Of a stretch of 52,343 bases of DNA, positions 18,809 through 27,667 are shown piece after piece (position 1 is the stretch's first letter; every line of letters starts with the position of its first letter). The position numbers were made by a program, and so were the translations under genes. This DNA comes from Oscillospiraceae bacterium (GTDB lineage Bacteria; Bacillota; Clostridia; Oscillospirales; Ruminococcaceae), in NCBI GenBank assembly GCA_029267825.1, contig JAJUHO010000001.1, positions 1-52,343 of the forward strand. The letters run 5' to 3'. Below the pieces are notes generated by a model, which saw only the letters and a list, made by a program, of their open reading frames with translations, searched no databases and was not told the DNA's origin.

Positions 18809-21029
18809 TAAAATCAATCCCTTCAAGCATATGCTTTAAGCAAGTATGCCTTAAAGCTTTTCGATTATTTGCAACCATATATTCAATACGTTCTTTTGAA
18901 CCAACTATAATCAAAAGTTTTTTTGCCCTTGTAACGGCCGTATAAAGCAGACTTCTATAATAAAGTTTGCTAAATCCCCCAAATAAAGGAATTATAACTG
19001 CAGGAAATTCGCTTCCCTGACTTTTATGCACAGTTACAGCATACGCAAGCTCAAGCTGTTCAAGCATATCAAGGCTATATTCTGCTATTCTGCCGTCAAA
19101 GTCAATTACTGCAACCCCGTCACGCTTGCTTATTCTTTTTATAGTTCCTATGTCACCGTTAAAAATTCCTGCTCCTGCCTCATTATCTTTTATCCAGACA
19201 ATATCGTAATTATTTTTTGTCTGCATTACTTTGTCGTTTTCCCTAAATGTATAAATTATGCTCTTTGCCTCGCTTAAATGCTTCTGAGGCGGATTTATTT
19301 CCGCCTGCAATCTTTTATTAAGCTCAATTACCCCCAAAACTCCTTTCCTCGTCGGAGAAAGTATTTGTATATCATCAAGTGGAGAATATCCGTATGCTTT
19401 CGGGAGTCTATTTTTATACAAATCCACGACCGTTTCAAGAACCGTTTCTTCGTTTTGTCTTTGTAAAAAGAAAAAATCGCTGTCTTTTTTAGTTAAATCA
19501 GGAACCTCACCATTTACTATCCTATGGGCATTTGTAACTATGCAGCTCTGTTGGGCCTGTCTGAAAATCTTTTTAAGCTCAACCACAGTAATTTTTCCGC
19601 TTTCAATCATATCTTTAAGCAAATTTCCAGCACCAACCGACGGAAGTTGATTGCTATCACCTACCATGATAAGTCTGCAGTTTAGCTTTATCCCTCTTAG
19701 CAAAGCCTCAAACAAAAGCGTATCGACCATTGACATTTCATCAACAATAAGCACATCGCAGTTGATGGGATTATTTTCATTGTGAATAAATTTAAGTTTT
19801 CCATCACCATCATATCCCATTTCAAGAAGCCTATGGATAGTCTTTGCTTCATATCCGGTCAAATCGGAAATTCTTTTTGCAGCACGTCCTGTCGGCGCAC
19901 AAATCATCACCCTCATGCCCTGTTGTTCATAAAGGGATATTATGGCATTTAATGTTGTCGTTTTTCCTGTTCCGGGGCCACCGGTAAGAATTAAAAATCC
20001 CCTTGAAAGAGCAAGCGAAATTGCCTTTCTTTGCAATTCTTCATATTTAATCCCCTCGCGCTCCTCTTCAAGGCTTATCACTTGTTCATAATCATTCAAA
20101 TTATCTTTAAAGAAATCACTTATTGCCTCAATTCTTGATGATATATACCTTTCCGCAACGTAATAATCCGGTAAAAACGAATAGGAAATATTCCCCTTGA
20201 TATACTCTATTACATTTTCTTCTTTGTATTCATATTCAAGGGTTTTATAAAAATCCTCCTCGCTTACGCCTAAAAAATCACAAACCGATTTTTGCAGCCT
20301 GTCCGTAGGCAAGCAAGTATGCCCAAGCAAAGTATTACCGGAAAGAACATATGCAATCCCCGCCCTTATCCTTTCCATGCTGTTGAAAGGCATATCAAGC
20401 AACTTTGCAATCTTATCAGCTTTTTGAAAATCAAGTTCTATTCCAAATCCACAAAGGCAATATGGGTTTTCCTTTATTATGTCAATACTAAACTGCCCCC
20501 ATCTTTTCCAAGCCTTTACGGCAAAAGACGGCGGCACACCATACTCCGAAAGAAAAATCATAAGTCTGCGGATTCCAAAAATTCTATTAAATTCCTGTGA
20601 TATTTCATTATATTTTTTAGGAGAAATTCCTTTTATCTTTAAAAGTTCGGAGGGGGTATTTTCAATCACATCAAGCGTTCTTTCCCCAAAGGCATCCACA
20701 ATCCTTTCTGCAAGCGACGGCCCTATTCCTTTTATAACGCCGGAAGAAAGGTATTTTTGTATAGCATAGGCACTTTGCGGAAGCTTTCTTTCACAATATT
20801 TTGCACTGAATTGAACCCCGAATTTAGGATGATTTATATAATTTCCGGAAACCTTGAGAACTTCCCCCTCCTCAACATTTCCAAGCTCACCAACAACTGT
20901 CGCCATAGCATTGCCCATATCAAGGTCAATAACCACATAAGAAGTATTTTCATTCCTATATATTACCTTATCAACACAGCCCTCAATATTTAAAAGACGC
21001 TCTTCCAAAACTTTTCCCCCAAAAGGCAA
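18795..21029 (-). CDS. recD2: RecD2-type SF1B ATP-dependent DNA helicase
   Basis: 744 aa. N-terminal OB-like and HhH region (GIGPSLAERIV). Walker A GGPGTGKTT. Walker B LIVDEMSMV. Also VGDSNQLPSVGAG and YAVTVHKSQGSEF. The ORF-track start is a TTG at 21029; a TTG at 21008 behind GGGGGA is an alternative. Confidence 0.9.
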   Translation of the reverse strand: MPFGGKVLEERLLNIEGCVDKVIYRNENTSYVVIDLDMGNAMATVVGELGNVEEGEVLKVSGNYINHPKFGVQFSAKYCERKLPQSAYAIQKYLSSGVIKGIGPSLAERIVDAFGERTLDVIENTPSELLKIKGISPKKYNEISQEFNRIFGIRRLMIFLSEYGVPPSFAVKAWKRWGQFSIDIIKENPYCLCGFGIELDFQKADKIAKLLDMPFNSMERIRAGIAYVLSGNTLLGHTCLPTDRLQKSVCDFLGVSEEDFYKTLEYEYKEENVIEYIKGNISYSFLPDYYVAERYISSRIEAISDFFKDNLNDYEQVISLEEEREGIKYEELQRKAISLALSRGFLILTGGPGTGKTTTLNAIISLYEQQGMRVMICAPTGRAAKRISDLTGYEAKTIHRLLEMGYDGDGKLKFIHNENNPINCDVLIVDEMSMVDTLLFEALLRGIKLNCRLIMVGDSNQLPSVGAGNLLKDMIESGKITVVELKKIFRQAQQSCIVTNAHRIVNGEVPDLTKKDSDFFFLQRQNEETVLETVVDLYKNRLPKAYGYSPLDDIQILSPTRKGVLGVIELNKRLQAEINPPQKHLSEAKSIIYTFRENDKVMQTKNNYDIVWIKDNEAGAGIFNGDIGTIKRISKRDGVAVIDFDGRIAEYSLDMLEQLELAYAVTVHKSQGSEFPAVIIPLFGGFSKLYYRSLLYTAVTRAKKLLIIVGSKERIEYMVANNRKALRHTCLKHMLEGIDFNEQI

Positions 21030-21057
21030 AATAAAATTCCATTATTACATTATAGCG

Positions 21058-21411
21058 CTAATCAAACTTTTTTTCAATCAAAAAATCCTTTAATTCATCG
21101 GGCTTTAAAAAATAAACAAAGCCATTATCCTCGGAAAGTTTTTTGCACACCAGAGCGGTTTCTTCATCTACACCTAAGTCAAGCAAAACAATTTCTTCCC
21201 TAAGGCAGCATTCTTTCCAATTTAACTTCCACATAAGACTTCTGACTATGTATTCGACGTCATTTCCACCGTCAAAAAGTGGAATAACCGTTAGTGCACC
21301 AAACTTTATTTTTGACGACAAATAAATTTTAGCATATATCCTAACGGCTTCTATTACTGCAAAAATACAACTTATCAAAAGCATTGCAAAAATTATATAT
21401 TCGCCGGACAT
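21058..21411 (-). CDS. Hypothetical membrane-anchored protein (one N-terminal TM helix), unknown family
   Basis: I prefer the ATG at 21411 (MSGEYIIFAMLLISCIFAVIEAV...) because GGGAGG lies 7 nt upstream. 117 aa. I recognise no motif. Confidence 0.5.
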   Translation of the reverse strand: MSGEYIIFAMLLISCIFAVIEAVRIYAKIYLSSKIKFGALTVIPLFDGGNDVEYIVRSLMWKLNWKECCLREEIVLLDLGVDEETALVCKKLSEDNGFVYFLKPDELKDFLIEKKFD

Positions 21412-21471
21412 AATAAAACCTCCCGAAAAATCCAGATAATACAATCTATGATTTCGGAAGGTTTTATGTGA

Positions 21472-21669
21472 TTATTGAAAATTGTTTTGAATCAGGCTGT
21501 CAACATATGCCTGCATTTCTCTTTTGGACTGTATTTGATGGGTATGGTTTATAATCTCGTCCTGTTTTTCCTTTGGTAGAGAAGCAAAGTAATTCATAGC
21601 ATTTAAATTTTTTGCAAGAGCCATGCCAAGCCCCAAAGGAATATCATTTCCGTTTGCATAATTTTTCAT
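21472..21669 (-). CDS. Hypothetical small soluble protein (65 aa), unknown family
   Basis: ATG at 21669 with an AGAGGTGG RBS at 6-nt spacing. The composition looks helical (LGLGMALAKNLNAMNYFASLPKEKQDEIINH...). I recognise no motif. Confidence 0.5.
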   Translation of the reverse strand: MKNYANGNDIPLGLGMALAKNLNAMNYFASLPKEKQDEIINHTHQIQSKREMQAYVDSLIQNNFQ

Positions 21670-21729
21670 TTAAACCACCTCTGCAAAAATAGTTTTAGCA
21701 AAGGCACAAGAAAATATGCAAAGAAAAAT

Positions 21730-23850
21730 TTATTGCTGTTGAGTCCTTTTAGCTTCCAATTCAGCCAAAGCATCTTTTCTTGAAAGATTTATCCTGCCCT
21801 GCTGGTCGATTTCCATGACCTTAACAACAATTTCATCGCCAATTGAAACGACATCCTCAACCTTTTCAACCCTTGCTTTATCAAGCTTTGAAATGTGGAC
21901 AAGTCCGTCCTTTCCGGGAGCAATCTCAACAAATGCGCCAAAATTCATAAGGCGGACAACTTTTCCTTTATAAATCGCACCTATTTCAGGGTCATTTGCA
22001 ATCGTATTGACAATCTGCAATGCCTTTTTAGCCTTTTCAATATCAACGCCGGAAATGAAAACATCACCGTCATCTGTAATATCAATTTTAACTTCGCAAT
22101 CAAGCTGTATCTTTTGAATAACTTTTCCGCCCTGTCCGATAACTTCCCTTATTTTGTCAACAGGTATCCTTGTTTGAAGCATTTTAGGGGCATATCTGCT
22201 TACTTCCGAACGTGGGGCCGGAATTGCTTTAAGCATTATTTCATCAAGAATGTAAATTCTTGCTTTTCTTGTCTTTTCAAAAGCTTCCTTTATTATTTCA
22301 GGAGTAAGTCCGTCAATTTTTATATCAACCTGTATTGCGGTTATTCCCTTATGAGTTCCGCCAACTTTAAAGTCCATATCACCGAAAAAGTCTTCAACGC
22401 CTTGAATATCCACCATAGTTATCCAGCGTTCTCCTTCGGTTACAAGTCCACATGAAATTCCGGCAACAGGAGCCTTAATCGGCACTCCGGCATCCATAAG
22501 CGCAAGCGTTGAGCCGCAAATTGAACCTTGTGAGGTTGAGCCATTTGAAGAAAGCACCTCTGAAACAAGCCTATACGCATAAGGGAATTCTTCAACACTT
22601 GGAATTACCGGTTCAAGAGCTCTTTCCGCAAGCGCACCATGGCCTATTTCACGTCTTCCGGGGCCTCTGCTCGGCTTTGTTTCTCCAACGGAATAGCTTG
22701 GGAAATTATAATGATGCATATACCTCTTGGTATCTTCTTCATCAAGACCATCAATGCGTTGAGAATCGCTCACTGGTCCCAAAGTAGCCACGGTAAGCAC
22801 CTGAGTTTGTCCTCTTGTGAAAAGTCCTGAACCATGAACCCTTGGCAGCACGCCTACTTCTGCTGCAAGAGGACGGATTTCATCAAGCTTTCTTCCATCC
22901 ACACGTTTACCCTCGTCAAGCAGCCAGCGTCTTACTATTGTTTTTTGAAGTTTATAAATACATTCGTCTATCATCAATTCTTTTTCAGGATAAAGTTCGT
23001 CAAACTTGGCATGGATTTCATCCTTTACAGGCCCAAGTCTTTCCTCACGGATATTTTTATCATCAGTATCAAGTGCATATTTTACCTTTTCCATTGCAAA
23101 TTCCGCAATGGCTTCATACATATCATGGTCAACTTCCTGCGATTCAAATTCAAATTTTTTCTTTCCTATTTGAGCTTGTATATCGCTGATAAAATCAACA
23201 ATCTTCTTTATCTCTTCATGCGCTTTAATGATAGCCTCAAGCATGGTATCCTCAGGAACCTGATTTGCTCCGGCTTCTATCATTACTATTTTTTCTTTTG
23301 TGGCTGCAACGGTAAGATTCAAATCACTTTTTTCCCTCTGTGCCAAATTGGGATTAAGGATTATTTCCCCATCGACAAGGCCCACGTTAATTCCACCTAT
23401 CGGGCCATTCCACGGAATATCCGAAATTGAAAGAGCTATTGATGCGGCAATCATTCCGGCAATTTCAGGAGAATTATCAGGGTCTACCGAAAGAACTGTC
23501 ATTACAACCGAAACGTCATTCCTCATATCCTTTGGAAAAAGTGGTCTTATCGGACGGTCAACAAGTCTTGAAGTCAAAATTGCCTTTTCTGACGGCTTGC
23601 CCTCACGCTTTAAAAATGAACCGGGAATTTTTCCAACCGAATAAAGTCTTTCCTCATAATCGACAGAAAGCGGAAAGAAATCTACTCCTTCCCTTGGTTT
23701 AGAGCTTGCGGTAACATTTGCCATCACAACAGTTTCGCCGTATCTTACCCAGCAAGAACCGTTTGAAAGCATGCAAGTCTTTCCTGTTTCCACAACAAGT
23801 TCCCTGCCGACATAAGTCGTCTTAAATACTTTGTAGTTTTCAAACAACAT
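21730..23850 (-). CDS. pnp: Polyribonucleotide nucleotidyltransferase (PNPase)
   Basis: I prefer the ATG at 23850 ([24 protein letters not shown]...) because AAGGAG lies upstream. 706 aa. Two RNase PH domains, a KH domain ([11 protein letters not shown]) and an S1 domain ([15 protein letters not shown]). Confidence 0.95.
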   Translation of the reverse strand: MLFENYKVFKTTYVGRELVVETGKTCMLSNGSCWVRYGETVVMANVTASSKPREGVDFFPLSVDYEERLYSVGKIPGSFLKREGKPSEKAILTSRLVDRPIRPLFPKDMRNDVSVVMTVLSVDPDNSPEIAGMIAASIALSISDIPWNGPIGGINVGLVDGEIILNPNLAQREKSDLNLTVAATKEKIVMIEAGANQVPEDTMLEAIIKAHEEIKKIVDFISDIQAQIGKKKFEFESQEVDHDMYEAIAEFAMEKVKYALDTDDKNIREERLGPVKDEIHAKFDELYPEKELMIDECIYKLQKTIVRRWLLDEGKRVDGRKLDEIRPLAAEVGVLPRVHGSGLFTRGQTQVLTVATLGPVSDSQRIDGLDEEDTKRYMHHYNFPSYSVGETKPSRGPGRREIGHGALAERALEPVIPSVEEFPYAYRLVSEVLSSNGSTSQGSICGSTLALMDAGVPIKAPVAGISCGLVTEGERWITMVDIQGVEDFFGDMDFKVGGTHKGITAIQVDIKIDGLTPEIIKEAFEKTRKARIYILDEIMLKAIPAPRSEVSRYAPKMLQTRIPVDKIREVIGQGGKVIQKIQLDCEVKIDITDDGDVFISGVDIEKAKKALQIVNTIANDPEIGAIYKGKVVRLMNFGAFVEIAPGKDGLVHISKLDKARVEKVEDVVSIGDEIVVKVMEIDQQGRINLSRKDALAELEAKRTQQQ

Positions 23851-23977
23851 AAAACTGCTCCTTTGTTTTTTTATTTCCATAGGCAGCAGCTTTAGCAATA
23901 AATCCTGTCTCTTTTTCAAAAGAAACACGATTTAATGCTAAAAAAACCACTACCTATTTTTCCTTAATTTAATGCTA

Positions 23978-24011
23978 AAAGGCAGAATAGGAAAATTTCC
24001 TTTCTGCCTTT
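23978..24011 (-). terminator. rpsO terminator / pnp leader hairpin
   Basis: Stem AAAGGCAGAA (23978-23987) / TTCTGCCTTT (24002-24011) with an inner AGGAAA/TTTCC extension, followed by TTTT on the minus strand. Confidence 0.7.
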
Positions 24012-24023
24012 AACGCACAAAAA

Positions 24024-24290
24024 TTACTTACGGATACCGAGCTTTTCAATTATTGCACGATACCTGTTAACATCCTTCTTCATAAGATAATTAAGAAGGT
24101 TACGCCTATGACCTACCATCTTAAAAAGACCTCTACGCGAGTGGTTGTCTTTCTTATGAACCTTCAAGTGTTCTGTAAGATCATTTATCCTCTTGGTGAG
24201 GATTGCAATTTGAACTTCCGGAGAACCGGTATCATTCTCGCTGATCTTATTTGCCTCAATAATTGCGTTTTTTTCTTCTTTGAGCATCAT
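24024..24290 (-). CDS. rpsO: 30S ribosomal protein S15
   Basis: 88 aa from the ATG at 24290. Motifs: [34 protein letters not shown], and [13 protein letters not shown] at the C-terminus. The upstream part of the 127-aa ORF is leader sequence. Confidence 0.95.
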   Translation of the reverse strand: MMLKEEKNAIIEANKISENDTGSPEVQIAILTKRINDLTEHLKVHKKDNHSRRGLFKMVGHRRNLLNYLMKKDVNRYRAIIEKLGIRK

Positions 24291-24412
24291 TTGCCATTCA
24301 CCCCTTTTAATCTTTTCCCTGCAGCTTAGCAAGAGGAGGGTAAAATTCCCTTTAAAAGGGCTGTATCCAAAAGCCAAGCATGCGGCATTGCGTTTTACAT
24401 AACGCAAATAAA

Positions 24413-24441
24413 ATTATAGCAAATTTTTTGAGATTTGTAAA
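24413..24441 (-). promoter_or_regulatory. Sigma-A-type promoter of rpsO
   Basis: The minus strand reads TTTACA (24441-24436), a 17-nt spacer, then TATAAT (24418-24413). This leaves a leader of about 115 nt. Confidence 0.55.
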
Positions 24442-24458
24442 GATAATTTTCAAGATTT

Positions 24459-25292
24459 TCAGGAAATAATTTTCCCTTTCTTGCCCGACTGGCCTTTTAT
24501 CGGCATTTCACTGCCGCCTTTGTCCTCAAACACCGCCTCTTCTTCATCAAGCGGCTGAAGGTATCTTGTTTCAGGATTTTGTTCTCCTTTTTCCTCATAA
24601 TAAGGATTGATTATATATTTTTGAATTACCGGATAGGAATTAAAGCATATTATCATTTGTACAAGAGAGAGAGCAATCAATGGATAAAGCAGCAAAAAGA
24701 ACATGCTGACATACCATGAAAGGGCAAATACACCTCCAATTACCAATGCAACGCAAACAAGGGTAATCAAATTCTTTTTTATCGCCACACAAGAAAGTAT
24801 AAATGCATTCTTAAATATATTTTTAAGCGGCAAATCCACCGTTACAATCATAAGGTATATATAAAAATGCATTATCAATAATATTATTCCTATGCTTATG
24901 CTTAAAACATACGGAACATAATAAAAAGAATTTTGTGCGGCCATAGCAGGATAAATTTGAAATCCCAAAATAATGCTTGCCGTTACAAGAACATCAAAAA
25001 TTCCTACAGGGAGCGCCTGCTTTAAATTTTTCATAAAGGCCTCAAAAAAATCCGACCAAACAAAAGCGTGTTTTTCTTGGGAAAAATTCCTTATAACCTT
25101 TGTAAATCCGGCAGTTGCAGGGCCTATCGTTATTATCGGCAGGCAAAGCAAAAAATATACTATGTTAAGAGGAATAAGCTTCCAAAATTTCCTGAAAAAG
25201 ATTTCCCAAAAAAGAAAAAAAGGTTTCTTTTTAGGAGCATTTTTTGGAACACCGGGACCAGCCTTTGAATAATTTACGCTAAATAAACCCAA
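24459..25292 (-). CDS. YesL-family (DUF624) polytopic membrane protein
   Basis: 277 aa with a TTG start behind AAGGAG. The N-terminus ...KKKPFFLFWEIFFRKFWKLIPLNIVYFLLCLPIITIGPATAGFTKVIRNF matches the DUF624/YesL pattern as I remember it. The C-terminal tail is acidic/basic. Confidence 0.7.
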   Translation of the reverse strand: MGLFSVNYSKAGPGVPKNAPKKKPFFLFWEIFFRKFWKLIPLNIVYFLLCLPIITIGPATAGFTKVIRNFSQEKHAFVWSDFFEAFMKNLKQALPVGIFDVLVTASIILGFQIYPAMAAQNSFYYVPYVLSISIGIILLIMHFYIYLMIVTVDLPLKNIFKNAFILSCVAIKKNLITLVCVALVIGGVFALSWYVSMFFLLLYPLIALSLVQMIICFNSYPVIQKYIINPYYEEKGEQNPETRYLQPLDEEEAVFEDKGGSEMPIKGQSGKKGKIIS

Positions 25293-25323
25293 ACAAATAC
25301 AACTCCTTGATTTTTATAATAAG

Positions 25324-25950
25324 CTAAAATAAAACTCCTGCAAAAACAAATGTAAGAATACTGTCGAGTAATGAAGATAATCCTATTATAACAAACAAAA
25401 TTAAAAATTTCAATAGATAAAGTTTTATGCATGAAGCCATATTTGAATTATTCCCATTCACAATCGTTTCTGCAAAAAGGTTGGAAAGCCTTATGCTTTC
25501 CCGCACTGAAAAAATTATTGCAACCGAAGAAATAACCGCATGTGGCAATATCATTATTAAAATTATAAAAAAGCCTTTTATCCCATACATAGTATAAATA
25601 TAAGACATTGAAGTTCCAAGACCAAGGCCCCGAAAAAAAGGCACAAAAAGTTCAAACGGTTGAGCTATGGCCCAAAATCCCATTAAAAAGCAAACCAGTA
25701 CAAGAAGCGATGAGCTTGAAAAAGATTCTAAAAAAGTTTGGATAAAAGTATGCTCCGACCTTTCCTTAATAAATCCCTGCGTTATAAAAGACAAATCCGA
25801 AATATCCGACCCGCTCATGTTGCAAAAAATAAGAGTTCCTGCAAGCACACCAAGCAGCACCAAAAACATCAGCAGCATTAGCGATGCCTTGCTTTTAAGT
25901 TCGGGAAATTTTCTTTTCGGCGAAATGCCTGTCCTTTCAAATTCAACCAT
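25324..25950 (-). CDS. spoIIM: SpoIIM-like (DUF95) integral membrane protein, probable stage II sporulation protein M
   Basis: 208 aa. AAAGGAAGAGG RBS. About 5 TM helices. ILPHAVISSVAIIFSVRESIRLSNLF resembles the B. subtilis SpoIIM segment VLPQNLLLIPAYLIMG...LKLIRQLF. The assignment is tentative. Confidence 0.5.
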   Translation of the reverse strand: MVEFERTGISPKRKFPELKSKASLMLLMFLVLLGVLAGTLIFCNMSGSDISDLSFITQGFIKERSEHTFIQTFLESFSSSSLLVLVCFLMGFWAIAQPFELFVPFFRGLGLGTSMSYIYTMYGIKGFFIILIMILPHAVISSVAIIFSVRESIRLSNLFAETIVNGNNSNMASCIKLYLLKFLILFVIIGLSSLLDSILTFVFAGVLF

Positions 25951-26168
25951 AAGCCTCTTCCTTTATTTTTTTAATATTAAAATATATTCAAAAAATAAAA
26001 AAGGTATTCATTCCATATACCTATTATCTATTTTTAAAAACCAACAAAATTGCAATCGTTCATTTTTTATTTAAAATACACAAGCTAAATAAGCTTTTTA
26101 CATTGAATTCTGATTTTTTTTATGATAACATTTTGATAAAATAAATATTTTTAGGGGGCTTTATAAAA

Positions 26169-27641
26169 ATGGACAGAAAAGCATACTTAAAAGAAATAGA
26201 TGAAACTATAAAAAATGGAAAATACAAAGACAACTGGGAATCTCTTTCACAATTTAAAATTCCGGATTGGTATAGAAACGCAAAGTTCGGAATTTTTATT
26301 CATTGGGGTGTCTATTCTGTGCCAGCTTTTGCAAACGAATGGTATCCTCGAAATATGTACATTCAAGGAACACGTGAATTTGAACATCACATTGCAACAT
26401 ATGGACTTCATAAAGATTTTGGCTATAAAGATTTCATACCTATGTTCAAGGCGGAAAAATTCAATCCTGACGCATGGGCCAAGCTCTTTGAAGCATCCGG
26501 AGCTCGTTATATCATACCGGTTGCCGAACATCATGACGGATTTCAAATGTACCATAGTGACCTTTCCCATTTTAACGTTTTTGAAATGGGGCCAAAACGT
26601 GACGTATTGGGCGAATTGAAAGAAGCTTTTGAAAAACGCAAATTGTTATTTGGCGCGTCCTCTCACCGCGTAGAACACTGGTTTTTCTTGGGACATGGCA
26701 AAGAATTTGACAGCGATATAAAAGAACCACTTGTATGCGGTGATTTTTATTGGCCTTCTATGCCGGAGCCAGATCACCAAGATTTATTCAGCACACCTGC
26801 CCCTTCAAAAGAATATATGGAAGACTGGTTGCTGCGTACTTGTGAAATTGTTGATAAGTATCGTCCAAAAATTATTTATTTTGATTGGTGGATTCAACAT
26901 AGTGCGGTTAAACCTTGGTTAAAAAAATTTGCCGCTTATTATTATAATCGAGCTGATGAATGGGGACAGGAAGTTGTAATTAACTATAAACATGATGCAT
27001 TTATGTTTGGTTGTGCCGTAGTTGACATTGAACGCGGACAATTTGCAGAACAAAAACCTTATTTTTGGCAAACTGATACGGCCATTGCAAGAAATTCTTG
27101 GTGCTATACGAATGACAATGAATTTAAAACGGCCAGAGAAATTATTTGCGATCTTGTTGACATTGTAAGCAAAAACGGCTGTTTGCTTTTAAATGTAGGG
27201 CCTAAATCAGATGGGACAATTTCAGATGAAGAACAATCAATTTTGTTGGAAATAGGAAAATGGATGAAAGTAAATGGAGAAGCAATATATGACAGTAAAG
27301 TTTGGCGCGTAGCCGGAGAAGGCCCGACACAAATAGAAGAAGGTCAATTTACTGATGGGAAAATTAAAACCTTTACCTCAAAGGATATTAGATTTACTGT
27401 AAAAGGCAGCAATATATATGCTATTGTATTAAAATATCCTGATGATGGCATTGTTGAAATTAAATCACTGGGAGATAGGAATGCTGCTAAATTGCCTAAT
27501 TTCCATGGCATAATAAAAGATGTTTCAGTTTTAGGTTTTGATGAAAAACCCGAATGGAAACGAACAGAAGAAGCTTTAATAATTATTACTAAAAATATAA
27601 AAAGCGATAAGCCTGTCGTATTTAAAATTTTAGTTGATTAA
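26169..27641 (+). CDS. Alpha-L-fucosidase, glycoside hydrolase family 29, no signal peptide
   Basis: 490 aa. GH29 N-terminal signature PDWYRNAKFGIFIHWGVYSVPAFANEWYPRNMY. Also EHHDGF and LLLNVGPKSDGTI. Confidence 0.9.
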   Translation: MDRKAYLKEIDETIKNGKYKDNWESLSQFKIPDWYRNAKFGIFIHWGVYSVPAFANEWYPRNMYIQGTREFEHHIATYGLHKDFGYKDFIPMFKAEKFNPDAWAKLFEASGARYIIPVAEHHDGFQMYHSDLSHFNVFEMGPKRDVLGELKEAFEKRKLLFGASSHRVEHWFFLGHGKEFDSDIKEPLVCGDFYWPSMPEPDHQDLFSTPAPSKEYMEDWLLRTCEIVDKYRPKIIYFDWWIQHSAVKPWLKKFAAYYYNRADEWGQEVVINYKHDAFMFGCAVVDIERGQFAEQKPYFWQTDTAIARNSWCYTNDNEFKTAREIICDLVDIVSKNGCLLLNVGPKSDGTISDEEQSILLEIGKWMKVNGEAIYDSKVWRVAGEGPTQIEEGQFTDGKIKTFTSKDIRFTVKGSNIYAIVLKYPDDGIVEIKSLGDRNAAKLPNFHGIIKDVSVLGFDEKPEWKRTEEALIIITKNIKSDKPVVFKILVD

Positions 27642-27667
27642 TATTAAATATAAGGCGATGATATCTT

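Noticed and set aside
21895-23430. Long antisense ORFs inside pnp (186 aa and 198 aa). Similar ones lie inside the acyl-CoA synthetase gene (6206-6721), an M42 gene (43607-44197) and murD (44879-45391).
   Set aside because: These are shadow ORFs opposite well-supported genes. Their translations are low-complexity or rich in Phe, Ile, Lys and Ser with no motifs and no RBS.
26002-26022. Small hairpin AGGTAT-N9-ATACCT in the divergent spoIIM-like/GH29 intergenic region.
   Set aside because: The stem is only 6 bp, in very AT-rich DNA, and no gene reads into it. It is most likely fortuitous.
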